Notes: generated by a model from the letters alone, not told the origin. Positions 38,135-48,282 are shown, numbered from the stretch's first letter. The stretch is 64,000 nucleotides of DNA from Oceanispirochaeta sp. (GCA_963663385.2 CAXXXD010000003.1:352001-416000), one strand, 5' to 3'. A program made the numbers and translations.

Positions 38135-38782
38135 ATGAAAAAAATTGCACTTATTTTTGACCACGACGGTACTCTGGTTGATTCTTTCGACAGTGTAACC
38201 ATCAGCACCAATAAGGTTCTTGAAGCAGCAGGCTGTGATCCTGTTTCGGAAGAGGAAATCCGGAAGGGAATGGCTTTTCCCACACTCGAGCGTTTTAACT
38301 ATCATTCCGGTATAGAAGAGTTTGATGTGTTGAAACAGATGCAGACGGATTTTTATAGGGTTATGAATGAGGTAGGTGTGGACTACGTTAAGATATTCCC
38401 CCGTATTAAAGAGAATCTGGATATTATGGCATCCAGGGGGTACTCACTGGGGATGCTGACAAACAATCAGGGCTTTTTTGTCCGGCGCGCCGCAGCCCGC
38501 CTGGGCTATGCCTACGACTTTGAAGTGATACTGGGAGAGGAGAATGTTCCCGTCCCGAAACCGGATCCCCGGGGGCTTCTTCAGGCTTGTGCCGGTTTGG
38601 GAGCCGAACCTGAAAACTGCTGGTATATCGGTGACGGCAGGCCGGATTATGAAGTAGCCATGGCGGCAGGGTTGAAAGCGGCGCTGGTCAGCTGGGGAGC
38701 TCATTCCCGGGAAGAGCTGCAGAAATTGAACCCGGATGTACTGTTTGATCACCCCGATGATATGAGCGACTTTTTCCGCTGA
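38135..38782 (+). CDS. HAD-superfamily hydrolase (phosphoglycolate phosphatase-like)
   Basis: FDHDGTLVDS, LTN, PKPDP, YIGD...D motifs. Confidence 0.9.
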   Translation: MKKIALIFDHDGTLVDSFDSVTISTNKVLEAAGCDPVSEEEIRKGMAFPTLERFNYHSGIEEFDVLKQMQTDFYRVMNEVGVDYVKIFPRIKENLDIMASRGYSLGMLTNNQGFFVRRAAARLGYAYDFEVILGEENVPVPKPDPRGLLQACAGLGAEPENCWYIGDGRPDYEVAMAAGLKAALVSWGAHSREELQKLNPDVLFDHPDDMSDFFR

Positions 38783-38790
38783 CCGGCTGT

Positions 38791-39558
38791 ATGAAGGGAA
38801 GGCGTCCTTACCGGAGAACACAGCGCAGAAGCAGCAGGAGAATTTACTCGCTGGATGAACTGCTCAGCCGACAGCCCCGTTCTCTAAAGAAAGGCAGCCG
38901 TTACCGTGAACTCCTTTTGTATTTTCTGAGTTCCGAATCCCTTCAGCGTATCCGGATCAGCAGCCGCTGCTTCAGGCTGCTGGATAAAGCCCTGATTAAT
39001 CCGGAGAATCTGAATTCCTTCTACAGGACATACCGGCTGCCCCGGCATCAGTTTTTTCCCCTTTTCCTCAGCATAAAGCGCTCCTATCTTATGGAGCGCA
39101 TAAAATGGCAGATAGAACGGGAGAGGTTTATCTGGGAACATATGAAAGCCCTTCCCCCTAAAACAGTCCGCTTTATCCGGTTCCTGGCGGAGTGGGAGCA
39201 GGAGCTGAATCCGAAATCGGAATTCCCCTACTGGATGAAATACCTTCTTCCCCGTACGAAGAAGCGTCTGCATGAGTATGAAGAATTTAATTCCCTGGAA
39301 TGGTATATATTCTATTATACCTACCTGACAGGATTGGCAGCGCATTATCATCTGAAACCAGCCCCCCTGGCGGAGAAGCTGGCTGCCTGCAGTATGCTGG
39401 AGCTTGTTCCGACTGCCAATCCTTTTTCTTTTCCTGAAAAAAGGGTTATAATGAAATCCTACCGCTCATTATGCCGCAGCTATCATCCCGACAGGGGCGG
39501 AGACCCTGCTTTCTTTCTGAAACTGCAGGAGTCACGGGAGGTCCTATGTTCGATCTGA
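38791..39558 (+). CDS. Basic hypothetical protein with C-terminal J-domain-like segment
   Basis: C-terminal YRSLCRSYHPDRGGD...F..LQE (HPD motif); 8 nt after the HAD stop; TGATG overlap with the next gene. Confidence 0.75.
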   Translation: MKGRRPYRRTQRRSSRRIYSLDELLSRQPRSLKKGSRYRELLLYFLSSESLQRIRISSRCFRLLDKALINPENLNSFYRTYRLPRHQFFPLFLSIKRSYLMERIKWQIERERFIWEHMKALPPKTVRFIRFLAEWEQELNPKSEFPYWMKYLLPRTKKRLHEYEEFNSLEWYIFYYTYLTGLAAHYHLKPAPLAEKLAACSMLELVPTANPFSFPEKRVIMKSYRSLCRSYHPDRGGDPAFFLKLQESREVLCSI

Positions 39559-40529
39559 TGGATAAGAAAGTTCTAACGATTCTATTCCTGTTTTTATTCT
39601 CCTGCAATCTTGCAGGTGAGAATAAGGGGATATCCGGCAGGGATTATCGAGAGGATATGAGACAGTTCGTCCAGGCTATCTCTCTTTATGCAAAAAGCGA
39701 TACACCCGCCTTCAATATTATCCCTCAGAACGGGCAGGAACTGGTAACCCGGGACGGAGAGGCTGACGGTACCCTGGAACAGGATTACCTGACAGCAGTT
39801 GACGGCTGCGGCCGGGAAGATATGTTTTACGGATATAAACGGGATAACAGAAAAACACCCCGCTCCGACAGTGCGTATATGCTGGAATTGTGCCGGCTGT
39901 TCCATCAGAACGGCGCTGCTGTGCTGTCAACGGACTACTGCGATGATCCGGATAAAATGGATGAATCCTACAGCCTGAATCATGATGAAGGGTTTATCTC
40001 CTTTGCCGCCCCGGAGAGGAATCTTAATGTTATTCCGGATTATCCGGATCCGGTGTATCAGGAAAATACCGACTCAGTACGGATGCTGAGGGATGCCCGG
40101 AATTTCCTCTATTTGATCAATAGTGAATGCTATTCGACAAAATCAGAATTCCTGAAGGCGGTGGCAGAAACAAACTACGATCTGGTTATTATGGATCTGT
40201 TTCATAATGAGGAAGCCTATACCAGACAGGAACTTGACCGGATAAGGTATAAAAAAAACGGAGGAGAACGCCTTCTTATCTGCTATATGAGCATTGGTGA
40301 AGCGGAAGACTACCGTTTTTACTGGGACAGTTCCTGGGAGAAGGATCCCCCTCCCTGGCTGAAGGAGGAGAATCCTCATTGGGAGGGGAATTATAAGGTC
40401 CGTTACTGGGATACGGAATGGCAGAACATTATATTCGGCTCTCCCTCTTCCTATCTGGACAGGATCATGGCCGCCGGGTTCGACGGTGTCTACCTGGATA
40501 TTATTGACGGTTACGAATACTTTGAATAA
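39558..40529 (+). CDS. Lipoprotein, GH114/TM1410-like endo-alpha-1,4-polygalactosaminidase family
   Basis: Lipobox-like FLFSC; IIPQNG, YMSIGEAEDYRFYW, ENPHWEGNY, GFDGVYLD. Confidence 0.85.
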   Translation: MDKKVLTILFLFLFSCNLAGENKGISGRDYREDMRQFVQAISLYAKSDTPAFNIIPQNGQELVTRDGEADGTLEQDYLTAVDGCGREDMFYGYKRDNRKTPRSDSAYMLELCRLFHQNGAAVLSTDYCDDPDKMDESYSLNHDEGFISFAAPERNLNVIPDYPDPVYQENTDSVRMLRDARNFLYLINSECYSTKSEFLKAVAETNYDLVIMDLFHNEEAYTRQELDRIRYKKNGGERLLICYMSIGEAEDYRFYWDSSWEKDPPPWLKEENPHWEGNYKVRYWDTEWQNIIFGSPSSYLDRIMAAGFDGVYLDIIDGYEYFE

Positions 40530-40533
40530 GCTA

Positions 40534-41496
40534 TTACAGTCCCATCATAAAGCGGTAAACCCTGGAATCGAATCCCGGCAGGTTCTCATGGCCGAAGTCC
40601 GGGTAAATAACAACCTCTTTTTTTGAAGTGATTTTGTTATAGGCGGCGAACTGGGTGGACGCCGGACAGATTTCGTCTATTAGTCCGGTTGCCATCAGCA
40701 CTTCCGCCTTTATCCAGGGGACCATATTCTGTAAATCTATATAACCCAGGGTCCGGAATATTTCATCTTCCCGTTCGTGGGTCGGATCAAAAGCCCGGAA
40801 GTAGTAGAAAAGTTCCTTGTAGGCGTTCTCTCCCAGATCCATCTGCCACACCCTTTTATAGTCACAGAGAAAGGGGTAGGTTGGAGCGGCTTTTTTTATC
40901 CGGGGCTCCAGGGAAGCACAGGCCAATGTCAATGCTCCGCCCTGGGATCCGCCCAGACAGCCGACTCTGTCGGCATCCACTTCGTCCATACCCATGGCAA
41001 TACGGGCCAGCTGAGCCGTATCCAGAAAAATATTTCTGAAAAGCAGTTTATCGGGGCCGTCGGAGAGTCCCCGTATAATATGGCCGCTCCAGGTTGTACC
41101 TGTAACCGCTTCGGTATTGTTGGAAAGCCCGCCCTGTCCTCTGGAATCCATGGCAAACACACTGTATCCGGCCGCTACCCAGTTCAGGAGAGAGCTCCAT
41201 TCGGGTGACCGCCCTGTATAACCATGGAATATGAGTACTGCCGGGTGTTTTTCCGTGCGGCTGGTTTTAGGTTTCAGATACTTCGCATGAACACGGGACC
41301 CGCCGGTTCCGGAGAAGTAGAGGTGATTACATTCGGCAAAGGGAACCTGGAAATCGGCCGCTTCCAGATTGATGTCTGAATCAATGGCATGCATTTGCTT
41401 CAGGGCCCTTTCCCAGTAGGCATTAAAATCATCGGGCCGTGGTGTCATTCCCTGGTATTGTTTGAGTTTTTCCAGGGGCATATCTACAGAGGGCAT
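40534..41496 (-). CDS. Acetylxylan esterase / cephalosporin-C deacetylase (CE7)
   Basis: FHGY, RGQ, GGSQGG nucleophile, D..CP.STQFAAYN, GHE. Confidence 0.92.
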   Translation of the reverse strand: MPSVDMPLEKLKQYQGMTPRPDDFNAYWERALKQMHAIDSDINLEAADFQVPFAECNHLYFSGTGGSRVHAKYLKPKTSRTEKHPAVLIFHGYTGRSPEWSSLLNWVAAGYSVFAMDSRGQGGLSNNTEAVTGTTWSGHIIRGLSDGPDKLLFRNIFLDTAQLARIAMGMDEVDADRVGCLGGSQGGALTLACASLEPRIKKAAPTYPFLCDYKRVWQMDLGENAYKELFYYFRAFDPTHEREDEIFRTLGYIDLQNMVPWIKAEVLMATGLIDEICPASTQFAAYNKITSKKEVVIYPDFGHENLPGFDSRVYRFMMGL

Positions 41497-41572
41497 AATT
41501 TAACTCCTTTTAAACAGATTGTAATGTACAAACAGTAATATGCTTTTCCATTTATATAAAGGATGTTTCGGG

Positions 41573-41601
41573 AAAAAAATCCGGACTCCTGAGAGCCGGA
41601 T
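41573..41601 (-). terminator. Terminator after the ABC permease genes
   Basis: ATCCGG...CCGGAT stem with U-run on the minus strand. Confidence 0.6.
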
Positions 41602-41634
41602 CTGTGTCGTTATATCATAATCAGGTAGGCTGGA

Positions 41635-42492
41635 TTACTCCTTGACTCCGCCGAATGTAAGCCCCTGGATAAACTGTTTCTGAAGAACAAAGAAAACCAG
41701 TACCGAAGGAAGGGCCGCAACGATGGATCCTGCGGCAATCAGGTTGTAGCTGATAAGCCACTGCCCTTTCAGAGCGCTTAATCCGAAGGTAATCGGGCGG
41801 GCTTTATCGCTCTGTACCAGAGTCAGGGCCCAGAAAAAATCATTCCAGATAAAGGTGAACAGCAGAACCCCCAGAGAGGCCAGTGCCGGTCTCAGCAGAG
41901 GAATCATGATGGAAAAAAATATTTTTGGTTCAGTGGCGCCTTCTACACGGGCAGACTCTATCAGAGAAAAGGGGAGCTCCACTATAAAGTTACGTAAAAA
42001 GAATGTGGCAAACCCTGACTGGAAGGCCACATGGAACAGAATCAGGCCGAAGATGGTATCAAACAGGCCGAACTTTACAAACATGGTTCTGACGGGAATC
42101 ATCAGAATCTGGTAAGGTATGAAATTCCCTGCAATAAACATGGCATACAGGGCAATCCTCCCTTTGAAGGGGTAAACCGCCAGGGCAAATCCCGCCATGG
42201 CGCTGAACAGGATGGCGAAAAATACGGCCGGAAGGGTCATGACGGTACTGTTTATAAAATATTTGAGCATGGGGCTCCTGTCCGGATTAAACACTTCGCT
42301 GTAGTTCTCTCCAATAGCGATCCTGCTGGGAATTCCCCAGTAATTACCGGCTGATATATCCGAACCGGGCCGGATAGATGTGGAAATGATGGCGATCATG
42401 GGAAGCAGCCAGATCACAAGTATCAGTATGACCCCAAAAATATAAAGGGCTCTAACGGGAACTGCCCGCTTCTGTATTGGTGTAGGGAACAT
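41635..42492 (-). CDS. Carbohydrate ABC permease (MalG-like)
   Basis: ESARVEGA; WNDFFW; QGLTFGGVKE. Confidence 0.92.
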   Translation of the reverse strand: MFPTPIQKRAVPVRALYIFGVILILVIWLLPMIAIISTSIRPGSDISAGNYWGIPSRIAIGENYSEVFNPDRSPMLKYFINSTVMTLPAVFFAILFSAMAGFALAVYPFKGRIALYAMFIAGNFIPYQILMIPVRTMFVKFGLFDTIFGLILFHVAFQSGFATFFLRNFIVELPFSLIESARVEGATEPKIFFSIMIPLLRPALASLGVLLFTFIWNDFFWALTLVQSDKARPITFGLSALKGQWLISYNLIAAGSIVAALPSVLVFFVLQKQFIQGLTFGGVKE

Positions 42493-42494
42493 GC

Positions 42495-43382
42495 TTAACT
42501 CTCCGTATCAATCATTCGTTTAAGAAAGAAATAGATAAAGACTGACATAATCAGAAACAGGATAACCGCCAGAGCAGCCCCGTATCCCATCTTGAAATTA
42601 AAGATGGCTTCATCATACATATGGTAGGCCAGTACATAGGAGCTGCCCCATGGACCGCCTGCCGTCATAGTGGCGATCAGGTCGAAACTTCTCAGGGCTC
42701 CGATAACTGTTACAGTCAGGGCTACAATAGTAGCCGGCCGGAGCTGCGGCAGGATCACATGCCGCAGCATGCTGCGGCCTGATGCGCCGTCGATTCTGCC
42801 GGCCTCTACAATCTGTGTATTGACCCCTGCCAGACCCGTCAGATACAGAATCATGCAGTAGGCCGTCTGCGGCCAGAGTCCGGCTATGATGATACCGAAG
42901 GTCGCCATATTTTCATCTGCCAGAATGGGGATAGGTTTCATTCCCATGGCTTTCATTATATGGGCCAGAATGCCCAGGTCGGGATTGTAGAACCAGGAAA
43001 ATACCAATCCTACTACAACAAGATTTATAACAAAGGGAAAAAAGAAGAGAGATTTCATTACTCTCATACCCGGAATTTGCTGATTAAGAAACAGTGCCAG
43101 TGTCAAACCGATTACCGGTGCCAGCATCATAAAAACAAGCCAGTAAATATTATTTGTGATTGATGTAAAAAATTTCGGATCACTGAAAAGAGTTCTGTAG
43201 TTTTTCAATCCCACAAATGTCATTGGTCCGAAACCGTCCCATTTGTGAAAACTGATAAATATACTCTGAAATATCGGCCATATAACAAATATCAGAAATA
43301 AAATAAGAGCCGGTGCCAGAAAGTAGGCCGGAGCAAATTTCTGCTGCAGTTTCAGTATGTGATTCACGGTTTTTTTATCCAT
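42495..43382 (-). CDS. Carbohydrate ABC permease (MalF-like)
   Basis: FVGLKNY; EAGRIDGA; LRSFDL..MTAGGP. Confidence 0.92.
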   Translation of the reverse strand: MDKKTVNHILKLQQKFAPAYFLAPALILFLIFVIWPIFQSIFISFHKWDGFGPMTFVGLKNYRTLFSDPKFFTSITNNIYWLVFMMLAPVIGLTLALFLNQQIPGMRVMKSLFFFPFVINLVVVGLVFSWFYNPDLGILAHIMKAMGMKPIPILADENMATFGIIIAGLWPQTAYCMILYLTGLAGVNTQIVEAGRIDGASGRSMLRHVILPQLRPATIVALTVTVIGALRSFDLIATMTAGGPWGSSYVLAYHMYDEAIFNFKMGYGAALAVILFLIMSVFIYFFLKRMIDTES

Positions 43383-43404
43383 GAACAGGTCTCCTTAACA
43401 AGTT

Positions 43405-43442
43405 AAAAAAACGGCGGAGGGTATTATCCTCTTCCGCCGTTT
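43405..43442 (-). terminator. Stem-loop with U-tail between SBP and permease (partial terminator/stabiliser)
   Basis: AAACGGCGGA...TCCGCCGTTT plus A-run at 43405-43411. Confidence 0.7.
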
Positions 43443-43468
43443 CAGGTTATATGCGATTAGAAACGGAA

Positions 43469-44716
43469 TTATTCAAACAAACTTTTTCTTTCGTTTTCAA
43501 TTCTCTGTCTGATAGCATCAATTCTTTCGGGATTGACCATGAATTCCTGCAATCCCTCCATTCCGACTTTTGCCATTTCGGGCGTGGTGTCCCTGTCATA
43601 GAACTGAGCCAGGCCGTCAGAGGCTCCGAGCATTTCGAAACCGGCTTTTTTGAAGCGGTCCGCAGGAGCGGCAGAGTTTTTGCTGGGAGACAGGGTTCCT
43701 GCGGCTTCGGTCATAAGATCCAGAACATCGGGACGGGCCAGGAACTTCATAAAGAGTTTGGCTTCCTCAGTATGTCTTGCCTTGGCGGGGATGTGAATTG
43801 TGTCTGTAGGGGCATCTTCGTATACGCCTTTGGAAGGATCGATAACAGGGAACTGGAAGAATCCGATATTGTCAACAACCCCGGCGCTTGTCATATCGGG
43901 AATCATGAAGTTTCCGATCAGATACATGGCGGCATCTCCGCTGATGAGGGGAGCCTGAGCTTCCTGCCAGGAGTAGGTGGCATGATTCTCCAGAAAGTGG
44001 CCTCGCTTGATCATATCAGTCCAGATTTCAAATACCTTATCCAGTCTGTGATCCAGGTAGGAAATCTTTCCACCCATCAGGTCCATATGGAAATCATATC
44101 CATTGACTCTGAGGTTCAGGTAATCGAACCAGCCTCCGGCAGTCCAGAGGTATTTTGTTCCAATAGTAATCGGAGTGATTCCATTGGCTACCAGAGTGTC
44201 ATTCACATTCATGAATTCATCCCAAGTTTTGGGAACGGAAAGTCCGAGACTTTCAAATACATCCATTCTATAGTAAACACCCCACTGGTAGTAGGACCAG
44301 GGTGTTCCGTATTTTTTCCCGTCTACTGTCATGGCAGCAATTGAGGATGACATGGAGTCGTTCAGTCCCTCCTCTTCCCATACATCGCTGACATCCATCA
44401 GGAGGCCCTGATCAACAAAGAATTTCATTCTGTTACCGGCAAACCAGAAACAGATATCCGGTGCTTCAGTGGCCAGAAAATTTCGAATAGCGGTTTTGTA
44501 GGCTTCGTGATCAAATGTATTCAGCTGTACATCTATATCCGGATATTCCGCTTTAAACAGTTCAACTGCTTCCGCAAGACCGGCTTTGGGGGCGGGATCC
44601 GACTGATTTGAATTGATAATCAGTACTTTTTCATCCGATTCCTGCTGACCTCCGGCAAATGCTCCTGTAAGGGTTATACTGAGGCAAATCATAAGAATAA
44701 TTAGGCGTTTACTCAT
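43469..44716 (-). CDS. Carbohydrate ABC substrate-binding protein
   Basis: Signal peptide ending AFAGGQQE; DHEAYKTAIR, WFAGNRM, AQFYDRDT. Confidence 0.92.
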   Translation of the reverse strand: MSKRLIILMICLSITLTGAFAGGQQESDEKVLIINSNQSDPAPKAGLAEAVELFKAEYPDIDVQLNTFDHEAYKTAIRNFLATEAPDICFWFAGNRMKFFVDQGLLMDVSDVWEEEGLNDSMSSSIAAMTVDGKKYGTPWSYYQWGVYYRMDVFESLGLSVPKTWDEFMNVNDTLVANGITPITIGTKYLWTAGGWFDYLNLRVNGYDFHMDLMGGKISYLDHRLDKVFEIWTDMIKRGHFLENHATYSWQEAQAPLISGDAAMYLIGNFMIPDMTSAGVVDNIGFFQFPVIDPSKGVYEDAPTDTIHIPAKARHTEEAKLFMKFLARPDVLDLMTEAAGTLSPSKNSAAPADRFKKAGFEMLGASDGLAQFYDRDTTPEMAKVGMEGLQEFMVNPERIDAIRQRIENERKSLFE

Positions 44717-44746
44717 AGAGACTCCTTCTTTTTGTTTGTATGTAAT

Positions 44747-44774
44747 AGTATAAATCCTCCCGATTTACCGTCAA
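44747..44774 (-). promoter_or_regulatory. Promoter of the SBP operon
   Basis: Minus strand TTGACG-16 bp-TATACT; GAAAAT direct repeats about 20 bp apart just upstream (possible AraC sites). Confidence 0.55.
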
Positions 44775-44990
44775 CGACAAGATTTTCTTCGAAGTTTCAC
44801 TATTTTCAGATAAAATATGTACACGTGTTACAGAGCGTATAAGTGTTGTATAAAAATAGAATAACCCCCCTGAATTAACGTAAAAAGATATATAAATACG
44901 GGGAAAAAAATTTTCTTTCATATTAATCAAGCATGGTATATTTAACAAATTTCAGATCTGTTTTAATATATTCAGAATCGAGGGAGATCA

Positions 44991-45854
44991 ATGTTAAAAG
45001 ATCAGCATGCCCAGGGAAGGCGGGACGGAGAATTCTACCTTGCCAGCTTAACGGATATGGAAAAAGAACTTCCCTTTCACCTTGTCGGGGCGGGATGTGA
45101 TTTTTATCAGTACCCGGTGAGCAGGCCTTTCGGTTATCCTGTATTTCAGTGGATCCAGACACAGTCCGGAGGAGGGATTCTGGAACTGGAAAGCGGAACC
45201 TATCCCGTTCCGGAGGGACACGGGTTTCTCCTGTATCCCGGTGACCGTCATTCCTATCATCCTCTGGACGACGAGTGGCATGTGAACTGGATAACCATCA
45301 ACGGATACCATATAGAGAATATGCTGCAGTATATCGGTCTCAAAAAAAGCGGGGTATTTGCCATTTCCGAACCCCTTGTTCTGGCTTCTCATATACGAAA
45401 GGCGGTGCATCTCCTTAAGAATCCCACGGATACAACAGGACTCAGCGGCTCTGTTGCCGCCTATCAGCTGCTGATGGATCTGTTTAAATATGTCTGGAAT
45501 GATGAAAAAGAGGACCACAGCCTGTACAGTAAAAGGCTTAAAGCTGTCTTTGAACAGATAGACCGGGAACTGGATACAGCCCTGAGTATCGACAGGCTTG
45601 CAGAAACAGCCGGTGTAACTCCCCAGTATTTCTGTGAAATTTTCAAAACAGTTACCAATCAGAGACCTACAGAGTATATCAATCAGAGACGGATTGACCG
45701 GGCAAAGGAGATTATAATCCGGGAGCCCCTTAAAAAGATCAGCGAAATTGCCGCTATGGTCGGTTTTGATAATAACAGTTACTTTTCCACGGTTTTTCGT
45801 AAACAGGAAGGGTTAAGCCCCAACAAATTCCGGGAATTCAACTCGCTGATTTAA
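44991..45854 (+). CDS. AraC-family regulator, divergent from the ABC cluster
   Basis: Cupin N-domain (RPFGYP, PGDRHSY); HTH KISEIAAMVGFDNNSYFSTVFRK. Confidence 0.93.
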   Translation: MLKDQHAQGRRDGEFYLASLTDMEKELPFHLVGAGCDFYQYPVSRPFGYPVFQWIQTQSGGGILELESGTYPVPEGHGFLLYPGDRHSYHPLDDEWHVNWITINGYHIENMLQYIGLKKSGVFAISEPLVLASHIRKAVHLLKNPTDTTGLSGSVAAYQLLMDLFKYVWNDEKEDHSLYSKRLKAVFEQIDRELDTALSIDRLAETAGVTPQYFCEIFKTVTNQRPTEYINQRRIDRAKEIIIREPLKKISEIAAMVGFDNNSYFSTVFRKQEGLSPNKFREFNSLI

Positions 45855-45990
45855 TCACTACCTCCATAAAATAACCTCTCTTTAGATGATTGCTATACTA
45901 CTTGCAAAGATTTATACCCATTATCCTTTTTAAAATTCAAATATGAAGAATTCCGCTCTTTACATAATTGTATTGTTGTATTATTCTTAT

Positions 45991-46014
45991 ATTGTACTAC
46001 TACAATAGTACAAT
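45991..46014. promoter_or_regulatory. YtrA-type operator
   Basis: Perfect ATTGTACTA-N6-TAGTACAAT palindrome immediately before the AGGAG RBS. Confidence 0.85.
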
Positions 46015-46027
46015 TAGGAGCAGTACA

Positions 46028-46468
46028 ATGGCTTTGAAAGAGGCTGATATTAAAAAACTGGATTTTACTCTGGATCCGAAAAGCGGCGTGCCCTACTACA
46101 AACAGATTATTATGCAGGTAGAACTGGCCATTGCCGACGGCCGTCTGGAAAAGGGGGAGCAGCTTCCCACGGTCAGGGGATTAGCCGTTGAAATACGGGT
46201 TAACCCGAATACGGTTGCCAGGGCCTATAATGAGATGGAGATCAGGGGAATTGTCACGACCCAGCAGGGAACCGGAACATTTATCAGTGACAAAACGGTA
46301 GAACTGGACGAACTGGAAAGGGCGCGGGTTCTGGCGCAGATAGTCAGGCCTCTTGTCAGTAAAGCCGGTTCATATGGATTCGAAATACAGGACCTGGTCC
46401 GTTATCTGCAGGAGATGCAGAATATTAACGAAACAGCTTCCGGAGCTGACGAAAAGGGGGAAAAGTGA
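46028..46468 (+). CDS. GntR-family regulator, YtrA subfamily
   Basis: PYYKQI, LPTVRGLA...VNPNTVARAY, GTGTFI; short helical C-domain. Confidence 0.93.
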   Translation: MALKEADIKKLDFTLDPKSGVPYYKQIIMQVELAIADGRLEKGEQLPTVRGLAVEIRVNPNTVARAYNEMEIRGIVTTQQGTGTFISDKTVELDELERARVLAQIVRPLVSKAGSYGFEIQDLVRYLQEMQNINETASGADEKGEK

Positions 46469-47574
46469 TGAATATTTTTCAACAGAAACTGGAAAGGGTG
46501 AAGAATCAGAAAAAGGCTTTATTGAAAAAGGATTATACCTATAATGCCTTTTCCTTTATAATCCTGGGGATTTTTCTGGCTGCGGCGACTGCTGCCCAGT
46601 ACTACTCGGGCGGACCCTTTGATATGGATCTGATTGTCGAGTACTGCGGCGGTATTCTCATCGCGGGGATTGTGCTGATGATACTCCCTCTCTGGGTCAT
46701 GTCAGTGCTTATGATCATTAGCTGCTGGTTAGTCCTGCCGATTGAATTCTCAACGGGTTACTATCCCATGGCTATCTTTTCTTCCCTGGGAATCCTGTTT
46801 TCAGCCTCTATGGAGCTGATCTATCACTGGGATAAGGTGGTTGTGCTTCGGATGGGAAAATTTAAAAGCGTGTACGGACCGGGCTTATTCACTCTTTTTC
46901 CATTAATCGACCGGGTGGCGGAGTACGTGGATACCCGTATCAGGGTAACCGACTTCAGTGCGGAGCGTACCATCACAAAAGATACGGTGCCGGTTCATGT
47001 GGACGCCCTCTGTTTCTGGATGATATGGGACGCCAAGCAGGCTGTTCTGGAGGTGGAGAACTATCAGGAGGCGGTCAGCCTGTCTGCTCAGACCGCCCTG
47101 CGGGATGCTATAGGACGGAACGACCTGAGTACGCTGTTATCGGGCCGGGAGGAACTGGGGCATGAAATACAGAAGGTTCTGGATGCCAAAACCAATCCCT
47201 GGGGGATTACCATCCTCTCCATTGAGTTTACAGATGTGATTATTCCCCGGGAACTGGAAGATGCCATGAGCAAGAAGGCCCAGGCTGAAAGGGAGAAACA
47301 GTCCCGTATTATTCTGGGAGAGGCGGAAAAGGAAGTGGCCAGCCAGTTCCGGGAGGCCTCGGAGATCTATGAAGGCAGTCAGGAAGCCCTGCAGCTCAGG
47401 GCTATGAATATGGTTTACGAAGGGATTCGTCAGAATGGTTCACTTATACTTCTTCCGTCCAGTGCGCTGGACAGTATGAACCTGGGAAGCACTCTGGGAA
47501 TGGCTGCCTGGCAGAAGATGCGGAAAGAGAATCCCCGGAATGAAAACGGAGACACAGGAGGTGTTCATTCATGA
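46468..47574 (+). CDS. SPFH/stomatin (slipin)-family protein with multi-TM N-terminal extension
   Basis: VVLRMGK...GPGL...PLID, TKDTVPVHVDA, AQTALRDAIG, AQAEREKQSR, ALQLR. Confidence 0.92.
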   Translation: MNIFQQKLERVKNQKKALLKKDYTYNAFSFIILGIFLAAATAAQYYSGGPFDMDLIVEYCGGILIAGIVLMILPLWVMSVLMIISCWLVLPIEFSTGYYPMAIFSSLGILFSASMELIYHWDKVVVLRMGKFKSVYGPGLFTLFPLIDRVAEYVDTRIRVTDFSAERTITKDTVPVHVDALCFWMIWDAKQAVLEVENYQEAVSLSAQTALRDAIGRNDLSTLLSGREELGHEIQKVLDAKTNPWGITILSIEFTDVIIPRELEDAMSKKAQAEREKQSRIILGEAEKEVASQFREASEIYEGSQEALQLRAMNMVYEGIRQNGSLILLPSSALDSMNLGSTLGMAAWQKMRKENPRNENGDTGGVHS

Positions 47575-48281
47575 TCGAGATTAAAGGTGTAACAAAAACC
47601 TACAGGACAGGAGATACGGAAGTAAAGGCTCTGAAGAGTGTGAATCTGAAAATTGAAAGCGGTGAGTTTATGTCTATTGCCGGTCCTTCGGGGTCGGGAA
47701 AAACCACCCTTATGAATTTGATCGGCTGTATCGATTCACTTGATGATGGTCAGATCCTGATAGAGGGGAAAGTTGTCTCCTCCCTTACAAAGGAAGAGAA
47801 AACAACCTTTCGCCGTGAGAAGCTGGGCTTTATCTTTCAGAGCTATAATCTGATTCCCGTACTGACCGCCTATGAAAACGTCGCTTTCTCCCTGCAGCTT
47901 CTCGGACTGCAGGAGAATGAAATCAAAGAAAGGACCATGAACATTCTGAAAGAGGTCGGCCTTGAGGGGATGGAAAACCGCCGTCCCGGCAAGCTTTCCG
48001 GCGGGCAGCAGCAGCGGGTCGCCATTGCCCGGGCCCTGGTAAAGGAACCTGTCATAGTACTGGCGGATGAACCGACCGCCAATCTTGATTCCCATACGGG
48101 AGAGGATATCCTGAAACTTATGGAAGCCATGAATATCAGGCACGGTACGACATTTGTTTTTTCAACCCATGACAGGATGGTAATGGATTTTGCCCATCGC
48201 CTGGTCTATCTGCATGACGGAGAGTTCCAGTCGGATACGAGGAGACCTGAACCGCAGGCGAAAGCTGTAAAGGAGCAGTAG
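47571..48281 (+). CDS. ABC ATP-binding protein, LolD/MacB-like
   Basis: GPSGSGKTT, GFIFQSYNL, LSGGQQQRVAIARAL, ADEPTANLD. Confidence 0.95.
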   Translation: MIEIKGVTKTYRTGDTEVKALKSVNLKIESGEFMSIAGPSGSGKTTLMNLIGCIDSLDDGQILIEGKVVSSLTKEEKTTFRREKLGFIFQSYNLIPVLTAYENVAFSLQLLGLQENEIKERTMNILKEVGLEGMENRRPGKLSGGQQQRVAIARALVKEPVIVLADEPTANLDSHTGEDILKLMEAMNIRHGTTFVFSTHDRMVMDFAHRLVYLHDGEFQSDTRRPEPQAKAVKEQ

Positions 48282-48282
48282 T

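Noticed and set aside
43451..44344. 297-aa plus-strand ORF
   Set aside because: Shadow of the minus-strand SBP gene
23723..44716. Two sugar ABC clusters lacking ATPase genes
   Set aside because: Common for CUT1 systems that share an MsmK-type ATPase; not unusual
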